Assembly: GCA_963715335.1 (NCBI GenBank)
Contig: CAVQRZ010000005.1
Span: 64,001-128,000 of the forward strand
Source: an uncultured delta proteobacterium
GTDB taxonomy: Bacteria > Desulfobacterota > Desulfuromonadia > Desulfuromonadales > BM103
DNA: 64,000 bases
Reading direction: 5' to 3'
The translations under genes were made by a program, and so were the position numbers. Shown here piece by piece: positions 28,041 through 38,131 of this stretch (position 1 is the stretch's first letter; every line of letters starts with the position of its first letter). The notes beneath the pieces were generated by a model. It saw nothing but the letters and a program-made list of their open reading frames with translations. It made no database searches and had not been told where the DNA came from.

Positions 28041-28993
28041 CAGAGGAACAGGCTGGCAATGAAAAGGAGATAGGCTCCCAGCAGCAGAAGACCTTTCCTG
28101 CGATTCAGTTGCAAACGGGGCAACATCATGGTCAGCAGCCCAATCAGGAGAGCACAGAAGGCCAGCATGACCGGAAAATCGAGCTGCAGAGCCCTTGCCT
28201 CTATCGCAATCGGATTGACCATCGGACAGAGTCCGAGCACAAACAGGATGTTGAAGATATTGCTGCCGATCACGTTGCCGACACTGATATCCATCTCTCC
28301 CTTCCAGGCACTCATCACCGAGGCGGCGAGTTCCGGCAGACTCGTGCCGATGGCGACGATCGACAGGCCGATGACCATCTCGGAGACCCCAAGCAGGGTC
28401 GCGATCATCACCGCGCCCCGGACCATCAACTCGGCTCCGACCCCCAGACCGGCCATCCCGAGGACGACCAGGGTCGCATTCCTGCCGCGCCCGGCAGAGG
28501 CCGCCCGGATCGCCTGTGCAACTTGCCCATCGGCCGGCATGGCAGGGTCCCGTGCGGTCACAACGCAATAGCCCAGAAAGACCAACAGGCAGATAAAGAG
28601 CAGCAGACCGTCCAGGAAGCTCAGCACACCGTCGAAGGCGACGACATACAGGCCAAGCGAGGCAACGACCATGATCGGCACTTCACGGACCAGCGTGGAA
28701 CGTGCTACGACGACCGGCGTAATCAGGGCGGCCACCCCCAGGATCAGGCCGATATTGGCAATATTCGAACCGATGACATTGCCGGCGGCCATGGCAGAGG
28801 CTCCCCGCACTGCGGCAAGGAGGGAGACCAGGAGTTCCGGCATGCTCGTCGCGAAGGCAACCACGGTGAGCCCGACAACCAGTGGCCTTACACCAAACGA
28901 CAGCGCCAGACGGGAACTCCCGGTGACCAGGTATTCAGCACCGTAGTAAAGGAGCAACAGTCCTGCCAGAACGAGAACAGCACCCAGAAACAT
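28040..28993 (-). CDS. Calcium/sodium antiporter (YrbG family)
   Basis: Two repeats of TS.PEL...GNVIGSNI.NI. Confidence 0.92.
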   Translation of the reverse strand: MFLGAVLVLAGLLLLYYGAEYLVTGSSRLALSFGVRPLVVGLTVVAFATSMPELLVSLLAAVRGASAMAAGNVIGSNIANIGLILGVAALITPVVVARSTLVREVPIMVVASLGLYVVAFDGVLSFLDGLLLFICLLVFLGYCVVTARDPAMPADGQVAQAIRAASAGRGRNATLVVLGMAGLGVGAELMVRGAVMIATLLGVSEMVIGLSIVAIGTSLPELAASVMSAWKGEMDISVGNVIGSNIFNILFVLGLCPMVNPIAIEARALQLDFPVMLAFCALLIGLLTMMLPRLQLNRRKGLLLLGAYLLFIASLFL

Positions 28994-29106
28994 CGACAAA
29001 ATCCTATCTGCACTACTGCTATCAGGTTAAATAAGCCATCGCGTCAGTGGCAACGCGTATCAGTTTAATACCTGCATCCCTTGCTGTCGAGCACTAGTCG
29101 AAGACG

Positions 29107-29153
29107 ATATGAATATCTTGACTTGCTTATCAATCAAGGGCTAATATTCATAT
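29107..29153 (+). promoter_or_regulatory. Promoter flanked by a perfect 10-bp inverted repeat (putative ArsR operator)
   Basis: ATATGAATAT (29107-29116) and ATATTCATAT (29144-29153) around TTGACT-18 nt-TAATAT. Confidence 0.55.
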
Positions 29154-29180
29154 ATTCAATTATTAGCTTAAGGATGATCT

Positions 29181-29483
29181 ATGGCAAACGTGGAATTCGA
29201 TAAAACAATCTGTCTTGACAGGGAAGCCGAGATTCTCAAGGTTCTGGGTCATCCGATACGACTGAAGATCGTTGCCGGCCTTATGTCGCAATCGTGTAAT
29301 GTGAAAAAAATCTGGGAATGCCTCGAACTGCCCCAGGCAACTGTGTCGCAGCATCTGGCCCTGCTTAAGAACAAGGGAATTATTGATGGCAAGCGTGACG
29401 GTGTTGAGGTCTTCTACCAGGTCACGTCGATCGAGGCCCGCAAAATTGTCCAGTCACTGATGGAGGGTTTCTCCTGCGGCTAG
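29181..29483 (+). CDS. ArsR/SmtB family regulator
   Basis: LKVLGHPIRLKI, QATVSQHLALLK, R.G.EVFY. Confidence 0.92.
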   Translation: MANVEFDKTICLDREAEILKVLGHPIRLKIVAGLMSQSCNVKKIWECLELPQATVSQHLALLKNKGIIDGKRDGVEVFYQVTSIEARKIVQSLMEGFSCG

Positions 29484-29574
29484 CCGCTAAAGAGGAACAC
29501 ACATCCGGCAATTATTACTAACGGTGGTTTGCAGTGATTCTGCGCCGCCGTTTTTGTTTCGACCCGCCTGAAAC

Positions 29575-30397
29575 TTAGCCTAAGTCTTTGCTTGCCGTAG
29601 CAATAATTACTTCATAACTTGCTGGCAGCCCGGACTCGCATCGATGCTGTTCTTCATAGAATTTGATCATTGACTGCATGACCCGGCGTGACGCAAACCC
29701 CCGCGGACGACCCGCCGTCGCGTTGCTGGCACCGATCTGCTTGAGTTGTCTGAGCAGGTCAGGCACATCAAGGTGGAATTCAACCTCCATCCCGCTGGAA
29801 ATATCATGACAGGTCAGTCCCGCAACGGCGATCGCATCGGCAACTTCGCCAAGAGTGGGGAAGTCCTGCACATGGGACAGCCCGCCCCGTGTCACTGGCC
29901 GCAACGGCCCGGCGGTGGGAAGAGCGCAGCTCGCAGAGAGTCTTTTCACCAAACAGCGCGAGGGCGAAACAGCCGCCCGGGCGCAGGACTCTCGCTACCT
30001 CGGCAAAAGCCGCAGGAAGACAATCGACCCACTGGTAAACCGAACTGGAGACCACACAGGCGAATGTTTGATCGGCAAAGGGCAGTAGCCTGGCGTCTCC
30101 ATCACAGGCGGCAACAGCTGTCAACCTGTCTGCAGCCGCTCTGGTCATAGCGTGCGCGATATCCATCACAACCAGCTGCTGTCCCGGCATACACTTAAGC
30201 ATTGCCGTAGCGAGGGCACCCGTGCCGGTGCCTACATCGAGGCATAATCCGGGCTGCAATACAATAGTTGCCAATCGATCATAAAGCAGCTCGACGACCC
30301 GCTTCTGGACCGATGCGTAGCGATCATAATCCCCGGCATGGTTCGAAAAATTACCGCGCACGCGGGCGCGGTCAATTGCTTTAATCGGCGGCACCAT
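29575..30397 (-). CDS. bioC: Malonyl-ACP O-methyltransferase, split by a 1-nt frameshift near 29881-29888
   Basis: N-terminal part has YDRYASVQ and LDVGTGTG; C-terminal part in another frame has LKQIGASN and PASYEVI. Confidence 0.85.
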
Positions 30398-31203
30398 CAG
30401 CAGAAGCCCATGAGCCTGGCCGCAACATCCTGCGGCTTGCTCAGAAACGGCGCATGCCCGATGCCGTGGAATGGCACGTATTCTCCGTGAGGAAGCATGT
30501 CCGCCATGGCCTGTCCGGCACCGACCGGCGAGATCCGGTCAAGTTCACCGTGCAGCACCATCGCAGGGATACGGATGTTGTAGAGGATGTCGCGTTGATC
30601 CTGTTCGGCCAGCATGTTGAGGAGCGCAATGGCAACCTCCTGATCAGGTAAAGAGCTGGCCCGCACCGCAAAATTGCGGATCGTCCGCAACCTGTCGATC
30701 GAGATTCTTTCGCCGGCGAAGGTCAGGGCAAAGAACTCGGCCAAGGTTGATTCGAACTGCCTCTTGAGATTTCTGACCATGGCACGGACCTGGCTGACCG
30801 GCAGACCGAACGGCCAGTCGTTGCCCGCAGTGAACTTCGGCGTCGAACCGATCAGTACCAGCCGATTCACCGCAAGTTGCCCCTCACTGGCGATCTGCAA
30901 GGAGAGCATCCCCCCCAGAGACCAGCCTGCCAGTGTAACCGGTTCTGTTTCAAGAGCCGCCAACCAGTCCGTCAGGACAGCAGTAAGCCCGGCAAGATCA
31001 TTCCGCCCGGCAGGCGAAGACTTACCATGACCTGGAAGGTCCGGGACCAGAACACGGAAATTCACGGCGAGCAGGCCGGCGAGTTCCTGGAAGGCCGCCG
31101 CCGACATGGCCCAGCCGTGCAAGAGCACCAGCGGCCTGCCCTGACCGGTCTCGTACCAGGTCAGTTGACGTCCGTCAGTACGCTGGAACTGTCTTGCCCT
31201 CAT
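30397..31203 (-). CDS. bioH: Pimeloyl-ACP methyl ester carboxylesterase
   Basis: LLHGW, DLPGHG, GWSLGG, GHAPFLS; lies between bioF and bioC. Confidence 0.85.
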   Translation of the reverse strand: MRARQFQRTDGRQLTWYETGQGRPLVLLHGWAMSAAAFQELAGLLAVNFRVLVPDLPGHGKSSPAGRNDLAGLTAVLTDWLAALETEPVTLAGWSLGGMLSLQIASEGQLAVNRLVLIGSTPKFTAGNDWPFGLPVSQVRAMVRNLKRQFESTLAEFFALTFAGERISIDRLRTIRNFAVRASSLPDQEVAIALLNMLAEQDQRDILYNIRIPAMVLHGELDRISPVGAGQAMADMLPHGEYVPFHGIGHAPFLSKPQDVAARLMGFC

Positions 31204-32375
31204 CCGGTGCACTCGCCGTAAACATCAAGGATTTTTCCAACCGCGGCCGACAGTTCGGTTAGCGAGTGACTGGCCATGACGGTTGCCCGCAACCGACAGA
31301 GCCCGGGGGGCACGGTAGGTGGTCGAACCCCCTGCAGAAAAACCCCTTTTTCGAGAAGCCGTTCCGTCATTTTCATGGTCGATTCTGGTTCCCGCGTCAA
31401 CACTGGAACGATCTGGGTGGTACTGCCGAGCAGATCCATTCCACCAGCTGTCAACAGCCCGGCGAACAGGGTGCGATTCTCATCAAGCTTCCGGCGAAGA
31501 CGCCGTCCTTCATCGCTGTCAACCAGCTCAAGTGCGGCCAAGGCCGCGGCCGGAACTCCTGGCGGCAGGCTGGTAGAGAAGATGAAAGAGCGGCTGCGAT
31601 TGATCAGCGTGTCGATGATGACCCGGTCTGCAGCCAGGTAAGCGCCTGCGCAACCAAGGGCCTTGCCGAGCGTTCCCATATGCAGGTCGATGCGCTCGAG
31701 ACAGCCAAGAGCTTCGCCGGTCCCTCGGCCGTTCCGACCCGAAACGCCGGTTCCGTGGGCATCATCCACCATCAGCAGTGCGTCAAACTGGTCTTTCAGG
31801 TCACAAAGCTCAGGCAATGGGGCAACATCCCCATCCATACTGAAAACACCATCGGTGACAATCAGCCAGCGACCCTTACGCAAGGGCTTTTCCCGCGCCA
31901 TGAGTTCTGCCAGGGCGACGTGGTCACAGTGGGGGTAAACCACTGTGCGTGCGCGGGCCAATCTACACCCATCAATGATGGAGGCATGATTCAGCTGATC
32001 AGAAAAAATAAGATCATCAGGGCCGAACAGCCCTTGCAGAATCCCGGTATTTGCGGCATATCCCGAGTTGAAGAACAAAGCTGCCTCGGTCCCCTTGAAT
32101 GTTGCGAGGCGCGCTTCGAGTTCAGCGTGGACCGGCATCGTTCCGGAAATCAGACGACTGGCGCCGGAGCCGGCACCATATCGCACCGTGGCATCAATCA
32201 TCTTCTTCACCAGGGTCGGGTGATTGGCGATACCGAGATAGTTATTGGAGCAAAGCAGCAAAACGTTGCGGCCGTTGATCTGCACCCTCGGACCCTGGCC
32301 ACCATCAATAACCCTCAGGGAACGCAACATCCCCTGGCGCTGGAGCCGGGCCAGATCATCTTGCCAGTTATCCAT
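31200..32375 (-). CDS. bioF: 8-amino-7-oxononanoate synthase
   Basis: SNNYLG, GSGASRL, NHASIIDG, FSMDGD, DDAH, TLGKA. Confidence 0.95.
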   Translation of the reverse strand: MDNWQDDLARLQRQGMLRSLRVIDGGQGPRVQINGRNVLLLCSNNYLGIANHPTLVKKMIDATVRYGAGSGASRLISGTMPVHAELEARLATFKGTEAALFFNSGYAANTGILQGLFGPDDLIFSDQLNHASIIDGCRLARARTVVYPHCDHVALAELMAREKPLRKGRWLIVTDGVFSMDGDVAPLPELCDLKDQFDALLMVDDAHGTGVSGRNGRGTGEALGCLERIDLHMGTLGKALGCAGAYLAADRVIIDTLINRSRSFIFSTSLPPGVPAAALAALELVDSDEGRRLRRKLDENRTLFAGLLTAGGMDLLGSTTQIVPVLTREPESTMKMTERLLEKGVFLQGVRPPTVPPGLCRLRATVMASHSLTELSAAVGKILDVYGECTG

Positions 32376-33177
32376 GTCCCCCCCCCCACCTTGCCGCCGG
32401 TCTTATCTCGCCGAGGCTATCGAACAAAACCGGTTTCCGCTCAAGGTAATCCGTGAGTTCCGAAATCGAACAGGCATCGGATCTGACGAAAAAAATTCTG
32501 CCGCCACGCAGGTCACCGACAGACTTCAAGCTACTGATTCGCTGGTAACCGTGAGCGGGGTCAGCAACATATCCGGTGAGATATTCCGGGTCATCCGACC
32601 AGCAAAGTTCAGCGATGATTCCAGGGGCACTCAAGACCTTTCCGGCAAGGACAAGGGCCTCCAGAACGCGACGGTGCCCGAGACCCGCTTGATGCAGGCG
32701 GCCCTCAAAATCCCGCCGGCATTCCATGGCAACATCCATTCGGGAAACCCTGACACCCCGGCCAGGATCGCCTTCAAGGCGCTCTCCGGTTACGGCATCC
32801 ATGATCACGGCACCGCGCATCACTGTTTCACCCGGCCCGGCGCCCCCGGCAAGAAGTTGCACTCCCCGGCAGGCTAAGTCCCGATCAATTCCGGCCCGGG
32901 ACAGCAATTCAGCGGCAACGGCACGACCCTCCCGGTAATCATTCACCTGCCAGGTCGAAACATCGGGAAGTTTCGCATGCCACAAGGTGACAGGGTCGAT
33001 GCGTTCCGCCTGACAATACACGTCGTCGGCTACGCTGCCGGCGTCGGCGATTCCCCGCGACATGAGCTCCGAGGCGACTTGCCTGACCTCTGACAGCGGG
33101 ACAATCCTTTCGGCACCGGCGAGATGCCGACCGCACAATGAGGCGCGCATACGCACTGAAAAAAGGGGGGTGTCCAT
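32368..33177 (-). CDS. bioW: 6-carboxyhexanoate-CoA ligase
   Basis: SVRMRAS, HLAGAERI, MRGA, RGVRVS, ELCWSDDPEYLTGYV, GGRIF. Confidence 0.88.
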   Translation of the reverse strand: MDTPLFSVRMRASLCGRHLAGAERIVPLSEVRQVASELMSRGIADAGSVADDVYCQAERIDPVTLWHAKLPDVSTWQVNDYREGRAVAAELLSRAGIDRDLACRGVQLLAGGAGPGETVMRGAVIMDAVTGERLEGDPGRGVRVSRMDVAMECRRDFEGRLHQAGLGHRRVLEALVLAGKVLSAPGIIAELCWSDDPEYLTGYVADPAHGYQRISSLKSVGDLRGGRIFFVRSDACSISELTDYLERKPVLFDSLGEIRPAARWGGGHG

Positions 33178-33315
33178 GGAGGAAGAAATTATCATTGCCG
33201 ACATAGCTTGTCAACCTCAACAAGGTCTTGGTTAACAATGCTTTTAGCTTGGGTTAATCGGTTGAAAATGTTAGCTTCGCACAGGAACAACCGGCCACAT
33301 CAAGCGGTCATAACC

Positions 33316-34107
33316 ATGTCAAAAACACTCTTACATCTGCTCTTCGCAATCTACTTGATGGCGACATCCGGCTACCTTCTGCATATCTTCTGGAGACGGT
33401 CCGCCGTTGCCACGGCATCACTCGTCCTGGTCTTTGCCGGAGTCATTTTACAGACCGCCCTGCTTGGTCACCGGTGGTGGGCTGCCGGCTATCTACCGGT
33501 CACCAACCTTTTTGCCACGCTCTTCTTCTTCAGTTGGTCGCTGGCGCTGGTTTACCTTTACTTCGAACTGCGCTACCGGATTCGCGCCACCGGTCTGTTT
33601 GTCATGCTGCTCAACCTGCTCCTGCTTGGTGGCGCACTGCCACGGGACCCTGCTGTCTCTGCACTGATACCAGCCCTCGACACTCCCCTGTTCAGCCTGC
33701 ACATCATTTTTTCCTTTGTCGGTTACGCATTTTTCGCCATGGCATTTTCAATAGGAGCCTTGTTTCTCTGCCAGGGGCGCCTGAACACCACGCTCCTACC
33801 TGACCTGCCGACACTCAGAAAGATCAATGAAGAAGCGATCTTCCTTGGCTTCGGCCTCTTCACCTTCTGCATGGTCGCCGGCAGCATCTGGGCGCATATT
33901 GCCTGGGGACACTGGTTCAGCTGGAACATCAAAAGCATCTGGTCGGTTCTGGTCTGGATGTTTTATGCCGGTATGTGTCACGCCAAATTTATCCGCCGCT
34001 GGCAGGGTGGCGTTTATGCATGGCTGTCGATTGCCGGCTTTGGCGTTGTCCTGTTCACCTACCTCGGCATCGGCTTGCTGCTTGAGAGTAATCATCCCCT
34101 GGAGTAA
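33316..34107 (+). CDS. ccsA: Cytochrome c biogenesis protein CcsA/ResC
   Basis: GYLPVTN, conserved His, and WWD-like GSIWAHIAWGHWFSWNIK. Confidence 0.88.
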   Translation: MSKTLLHLLFAIYLMATSGYLLHIFWRRSAVATASLVLVFAGVILQTALLGHRWWAAGYLPVTNLFATLFFFSWSLALVYLYFELRYRIRATGLFVMLLNLLLLGGALPRDPAVSALIPALDTPLFSLHIIFSFVGYAFFAMAFSIGALFLCQGRLNTTLLPDLPTLRKINEEAIFLGFGLFTFCMVAGSIWAHIAWGHWFSWNIKSIWSVLVWMFYAGMCHAKFIRRWQGGVYAWLSIAGFGVVLFTYLGIGLLLESNHPLE

Positions 34108-34109
34108 CG

Positions 34110-35183
34110 ATGTTACCGGGAAAACCAACCAGACCATTTTTACTGAAACTGTGGGCTCTCTGCTGTTCGTTGAAGCTGGCAATTACTCTGGCTTCAATGG
34201 CGACGCTGCTGATTATGGGCGGGTCCCTGGTCATGCATTACAACCCGGCTATCTTTGCCGACATGGAGCAGGAAGTCATGAGCCGCTGGCTGCCGCAGGC
34301 GTGGGCACGCGCCCCATTGCTGGTATCCTGGGTGCCTTTGAGCGGCCTGTGTGTGCTGTTGTTCGCCCTCAACACTTTCTGCTGTCTGGTCGACTGGCTC
34401 GCCGGGATCAGAGCCCGCTGGAGAAAAACCGGCGAATACCTGATCCATGCAGGCTTCGTCCTGTTGACCATCGCTTACCTGTGGGGCAACATCAGCGGAT
34501 TCCGCTCCGGACCTCACCGGCTTGCCCCCGGTGATCGCATAGCGATCCCCGAGATGCCGGGCTATCTCCTTGAACTTGAGGATTTCACCCCGCAACTCGG
34601 ACCGAGTGGCCGGCCTCTGGATATGATCAACCAGGTAGTCCTCTGGAAGAACGGTCAACCGGTTGCGCAAACAGCCGTCCGCATCAATCATCCCCTGATT
34701 TACGATGGCTTGGTCATCCTGCCAACGTCTTACGGCCAGGACCTGCAGGGCTTTCGCTTTAACCTGCCAGGCGTCGGTGTTGTTGATCTCACACCAGGGA
34801 GTCGCTTGACGATCTCAGCCGAACTCTCGCTTGCGGTTCACAAATTTCTCCCCGATGCCCGTCAAGACAGGCAAGGCCGAGTCATGCAGGTCAGTAGCTA
34901 TCTCAACAACCCTGCCCTGCAGGTCTCTCTCTTCAGCCCCTCCGGGACGGTCTGGAAGGGCTGGTATTTCCTGCGCCAGCAAGCCCCTGAAGGGCTGTTA
35001 AAAGCCGGTGTTTATTTGCGACCGATGGAACCCGTCCTGACGACTTTCAGTCTCCTGACGATTAACCGCGACCCGGGCGACAAAATGGCCCTGGCCGGAA
35101 GTCTCTGTATCAGTGTCGGCATTATCTTTGCCTTCTTCTCTTTTTACCGAAAGCGGACAATGGGGGATCGTCCGGACTTATAA
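34110..35183 (+). CDS. Cytochrome c biogenesis protein ResB/CcsB-like
   Basis: SLKLAI, GEYLIHAG, INHPL, RDPG plus terminal TM; adjacent to ccsA. Confidence 0.8.
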   Translation: MLPGKPTRPFLLKLWALCCSLKLAITLASMATLLIMGGSLVMHYNPAIFADMEQEVMSRWLPQAWARAPLLVSWVPLSGLCVLLFALNTFCCLVDWLAGIRARWRKTGEYLIHAGFVLLTIAYLWGNISGFRSGPHRLAPGDRIAIPEMPGYLLELEDFTPQLGPSGRPLDMINQVVLWKNGQPVAQTAVRINHPLIYDGLVILPTSYGQDLQGFRFNLPGVGVVDLTPGSRLTISAELSLAVHKFLPDARQDRQGRVMQVSSYLNNPALQVSLFSPSGTVWKGWYFLRQQAPEGLLKAGVYLRPMEPVLTTFSLLTINRDPGDKMALAGSLCISVGIIFAFFSFYRKRTMGDRPDL

Positions 35184-35283
35184 AGCCTTTGCCGCTTGTC
35201 ACAACAGGTTTCGTTAGCTATTATTCAGCTAGGTTAGGCAACATACTGAACTGGTTTTATTATAGCGACTTACGGGGGCCAAG

Positions 35284-36267
35284 ATGTTGACCAGGAACCA
35301 CTCCATACTGATCGTTGACAATGTCACCGAGCGCCGCAAGCAACTCCAGTCAATGCTGTCCGAGCGTGAAGATTCTGTCATTGAAGCCGACACATCGGAA
35401 GCGGCCCTTGAGCTGATGAAGGAAATGCAGGTGGACCTGGTCATCACGGAGACCGAGCTACCGACACGCAGCGGGCTTTACCTGCTTCAGGAGGTAAAAA
35501 AGCGCTACCCGGAAACCGAGGTGATTCTCACCACGCACAACGCATCATCTTTCAACCTCCTGCAGGCCCTGAGGCATGGGGCGTTCGATTTCATTGTCCG
35601 TCCGATCGATACGTCGGAAATCCTCTTCAATATCATTGACAAGGCCTTCACCCAGATCGACCTGCGCGTTCATAACCAGGCACTCCTGGCTGAACTGGCA
35701 CATCGCAACCAGGAGATGGAGCGATCGCTCGCCATGATGACCGCTCTCAGTGAAGCGATCGAAAAGATCAACTCGGCGATTGAGGTATCGGAACTGCTGA
35801 GCCGCCTGCTCAGCTCCGCGATGGGCGCCCTGCACGCCAAGAAAGGGTTATTGGCATTGATTTGCGGTCCAGGGCAGAGCCCCTTCGGCATCAAGATGGG
35901 ACGTGGCGTTGCAGAAGAATTCGTCCAGAAGTATGCCGACAAGCTCCCCGAAGGCCTCCTGCTGGACATTGCTCGAAGTGGCAGCCCGATGGTTGTTTCC
36001 GATGTACTGCCCACTTATATGATGGATCGGGTCAACGAGGAAGAACGACATCTGGTTGCCGATCCCGGTCTTCTGGCCGTGCCGCTCTATCATCGCGACC
36101 GGGCCATCGGCGTCATGATCCTGTTCGGGCATGCGGAGGGAACCCCGTTTACCGGCCAAAACCTGCAATTCCTGGCTCAATTGGCGCATCACGCCGCCAT
36201 TACTCTGGAGAAAGCCGGGATCATCCACCAACTTAAACGACAGGGGAAAACCACCAAAAGTAAATAG
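35284..36267 (+). CDS. Atypical receiver domain plus GAF domain protein
   Basis: Receiver fold with substitutions (VDN, ITE, VRP); C-terminal LAVPL...IGVM...F...L.FL..LA GAF pattern. Confidence 0.8.
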   Translation: MLTRNHSILIVDNVTERRKQLQSMLSEREDSVIEADTSEAALELMKEMQVDLVITETELPTRSGLYLLQEVKKRYPETEVILTTHNASSFNLLQALRHGAFDFIVRPIDTSEILFNIIDKAFTQIDLRVHNQALLAELAHRNQEMERSLAMMTALSEAIEKINSAIEVSELLSRLLSSAMGALHAKKGLLALICGPGQSPFGIKMGRGVAEEFVQKYADKLPEGLLLDIARSGSPMVVSDVLPTYMMDRVNEEERHLVADPGLLAVPLYHRDRAIGVMILFGHAEGTPFTGQNLQFLAQLAHHAAITLEKAGIIHQLKRQGKTTKSK

Positions 36268-36346
36268 CGCACACAAGGTCCTCGCTTAACAGAAGCAAAT
36301 TCAGCACAACGGCACTGGTTCATCATAAAGAGATAGGAAGCGGCAC

Positions 36347-36982
36347 ATGTTGCAGATGAAATGCCCGAAATGTGAAGCAATCATCAGCTCTCCCTTCCTT
36401 GTTGAGATCGGCGCCGTCACGTGTGAGCAATGCAAACAAGATGTCACCGTCAATGATGTGTTTGTCACGACCAGCGGCTTTAAAATGCACCGCGACGATC
36501 TGCTTGCGCGAGTTCTCCATTACCGTGCCCTTTTGAAAGATGTTGAAAGGGAGAAGATGCAGATCAGCAACAGTGGCAGTGCGTCGGCTGAAGCCCAAAA
36601 AAGCCTGGACCAGTTCTACAACACCCTCCGGGAATTACTGGCTGCAGCGAGAGAGCATTTCCGACTGCAAATTGCCAAGGATTTTCCACTGGATATCGAA
36701 TGGGCCGGCAAGACGGGCAGAGGGTGTTTACTGAATTTAAGCACCAAAGGTGCCGCGATCAAATACCAGGCACAAAGGCTGCCGATCCACGGATCAGTCA
36801 TTAGATTGCAAATGGCCCTGCCGAATATAGCCGAGCCATTTTGTCTTTCGGCTGAAATTGTCTGGATCGATAAGCGTAGCAGAAATGAGCAACAGGGCAA
36901 CGTCATAGTGGGCGTGAAATTCATGGGTCTGAACGAAGTGACCCAGAATCACTTATGGAAGTACATTTCCAGTTCGCACTAG
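36347..36982 (+). CDS. Zinc-ribbon plus PilZ domain protein
   Basis: CPKC/CEQC; REHFR (RxxxR) and NLSTKG ([D/N]xSxxG). Confidence 0.8.
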   Translation: MLQMKCPKCEAIISSPFLVEIGAVTCEQCKQDVTVNDVFVTTSGFKMHRDDLLARVLHYRALLKDVEREKMQISNSGSASAEAQKSLDQFYNTLRELLAAAREHFRLQIAKDFPLDIEWAGKTGRGCLLNLSTKGAAIKYQAQRLPIHGSVIRLQMALPNIAEPFCLSAEIVWIDKRSRNEQQGNVIVGVKFMGLNEVTQNHLWKYISSSH

Positions 36983-37110
36983 AACTCCCGGTGAGCCTGA
37001 GCACTCGATAGCCATTATTCTCGCTGCAGGTAATTCAACAAGACCCCTGAAAGCTTTGAACAGGCAAAGGGCACCATCTTTTATCAGACAAGACCTACAA
37101 GGAGTTGGTT

Positions 37111-37458
37111 ATGAGAATTGAATCTTTGGTCGGGAAAATATTCATGATTGCAACTTTGGTGATCCCCGTCATGTCGATTGCACCCGCAACACATGCTGGC
37201 GAACTCCCCGATTTTTTGTACAGCAAGGGCGGCATTATTTATCCGCATACGGGTGACTCCACACAGGAAATTTTCCGCACCCCGCCCAATGTTAAAGATT
37301 TCATCGAACCGGGAATGCTCATCGGCGTCTTGCCGGAAGACTGTACCTCTGCAAGTCGAGGTACGATTGGGGATTACTATATCTGCAATCACGATCTGGC
37401 GCTTAAACCCGAAGAGCACTACGGCAAGACTGTTTATCGAGTGATTGAAGTAGACTGA
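37111..37458 (+). CDS. Hypothetical exported protein
   Basis: RBS AAGGAG, signal peptide ending THA, two Cys. Confidence 0.65.
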   Translation: MRIESLVGKIFMIATLVIPVMSIAPATHAGELPDFLYSKGGIIYPHTGDSTQEIFRTPPNVKDFIEPGMLIGVLPEDCTSASRGTIGDYYICNHDLALKPEEHYGKTVYRVIEVD

Positions 37459-37505
37459 GAGCGGGGTTTGTTTTTTACCTGGCAGATGGAGACTCTATGA
37501 AGCCA

Positions 37506-38056
37506 AGGGCATCAGATGGTTAATCTGTTGCCCTTTGCCTTTTCTTGAAATGCTAGTAAAAGCAAAACCGGCGGGTCGCGTCCCGCCACGACGCCATACT
37601 CTTTTGTCCGGCAACAAAAGTATGCAAAAGTGCCTTCTCCTTGCGGAGGGCATCTCCTTTGCCGGATGTCTGTGACTTCAAGAACCTGTTACTGATGGGG
37701 ATCCGGCCCTGTGTCAGAAGGGCCTGACCTTTCCTGCTGTGAATTTACAAGGGAAAAGCCTGAAAACATGACCTTTATCCATGCAAATCTTCACGAGAAG
37801 GAGAGGCTCTCAAGAGCCTCGGATCCTGCGGGGGAAGCGTAGGCTCTTGATCGTTTAGAACGTTCTGAATTGATGTCGCCGCCATCCCGCGCCAGACATG
37901 CCCAGCGCAGCGCAGGCCTTTTTCTGCTTACTCTTTTAGGCCAGTAAAAGAGTAAGGCGCAGTCGGGGGGCGCGACCCCCGGGTTCTGATTTTGGTTTTG
38001 TCTCTAAATTGCAGTGGACAACGACAAAGGGCAACAGATGAACCATCTGTTGCCCT
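37506..38056. repeat. Non-coding element with nested terminal inverted repeats (MITE/REPIN-like)
   Basis: 32-bp palindromic units at 37506-37537 and 38025-38056 are inverted copies (30/32). Inner degenerate inverted repeats of about 70 bp at about 37562-37634 and 37915-37990. Confidence 0.7.
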
Positions 38057-38131
38057 CTCTATATATGAAATCTGAACTTTGTCAGCATCCTGAAGGGAGG
38101 CAGAAACACTCCCCTCCTTTCGATACGGTTA

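Noticed and set aside
28041..28568. N-terminal extension of the 446-aa ORF
   Set aside because: Overlaps the antiporter in another frame; the signal peptide starts at 28040.
38092..38121. CCCCTCCT-containing hairpin downstream of dxs as a further sRNA family member
   Set aside because: The CCTCCT is paired in the stem rather than looped out, and there is no U tract or clear promoter.
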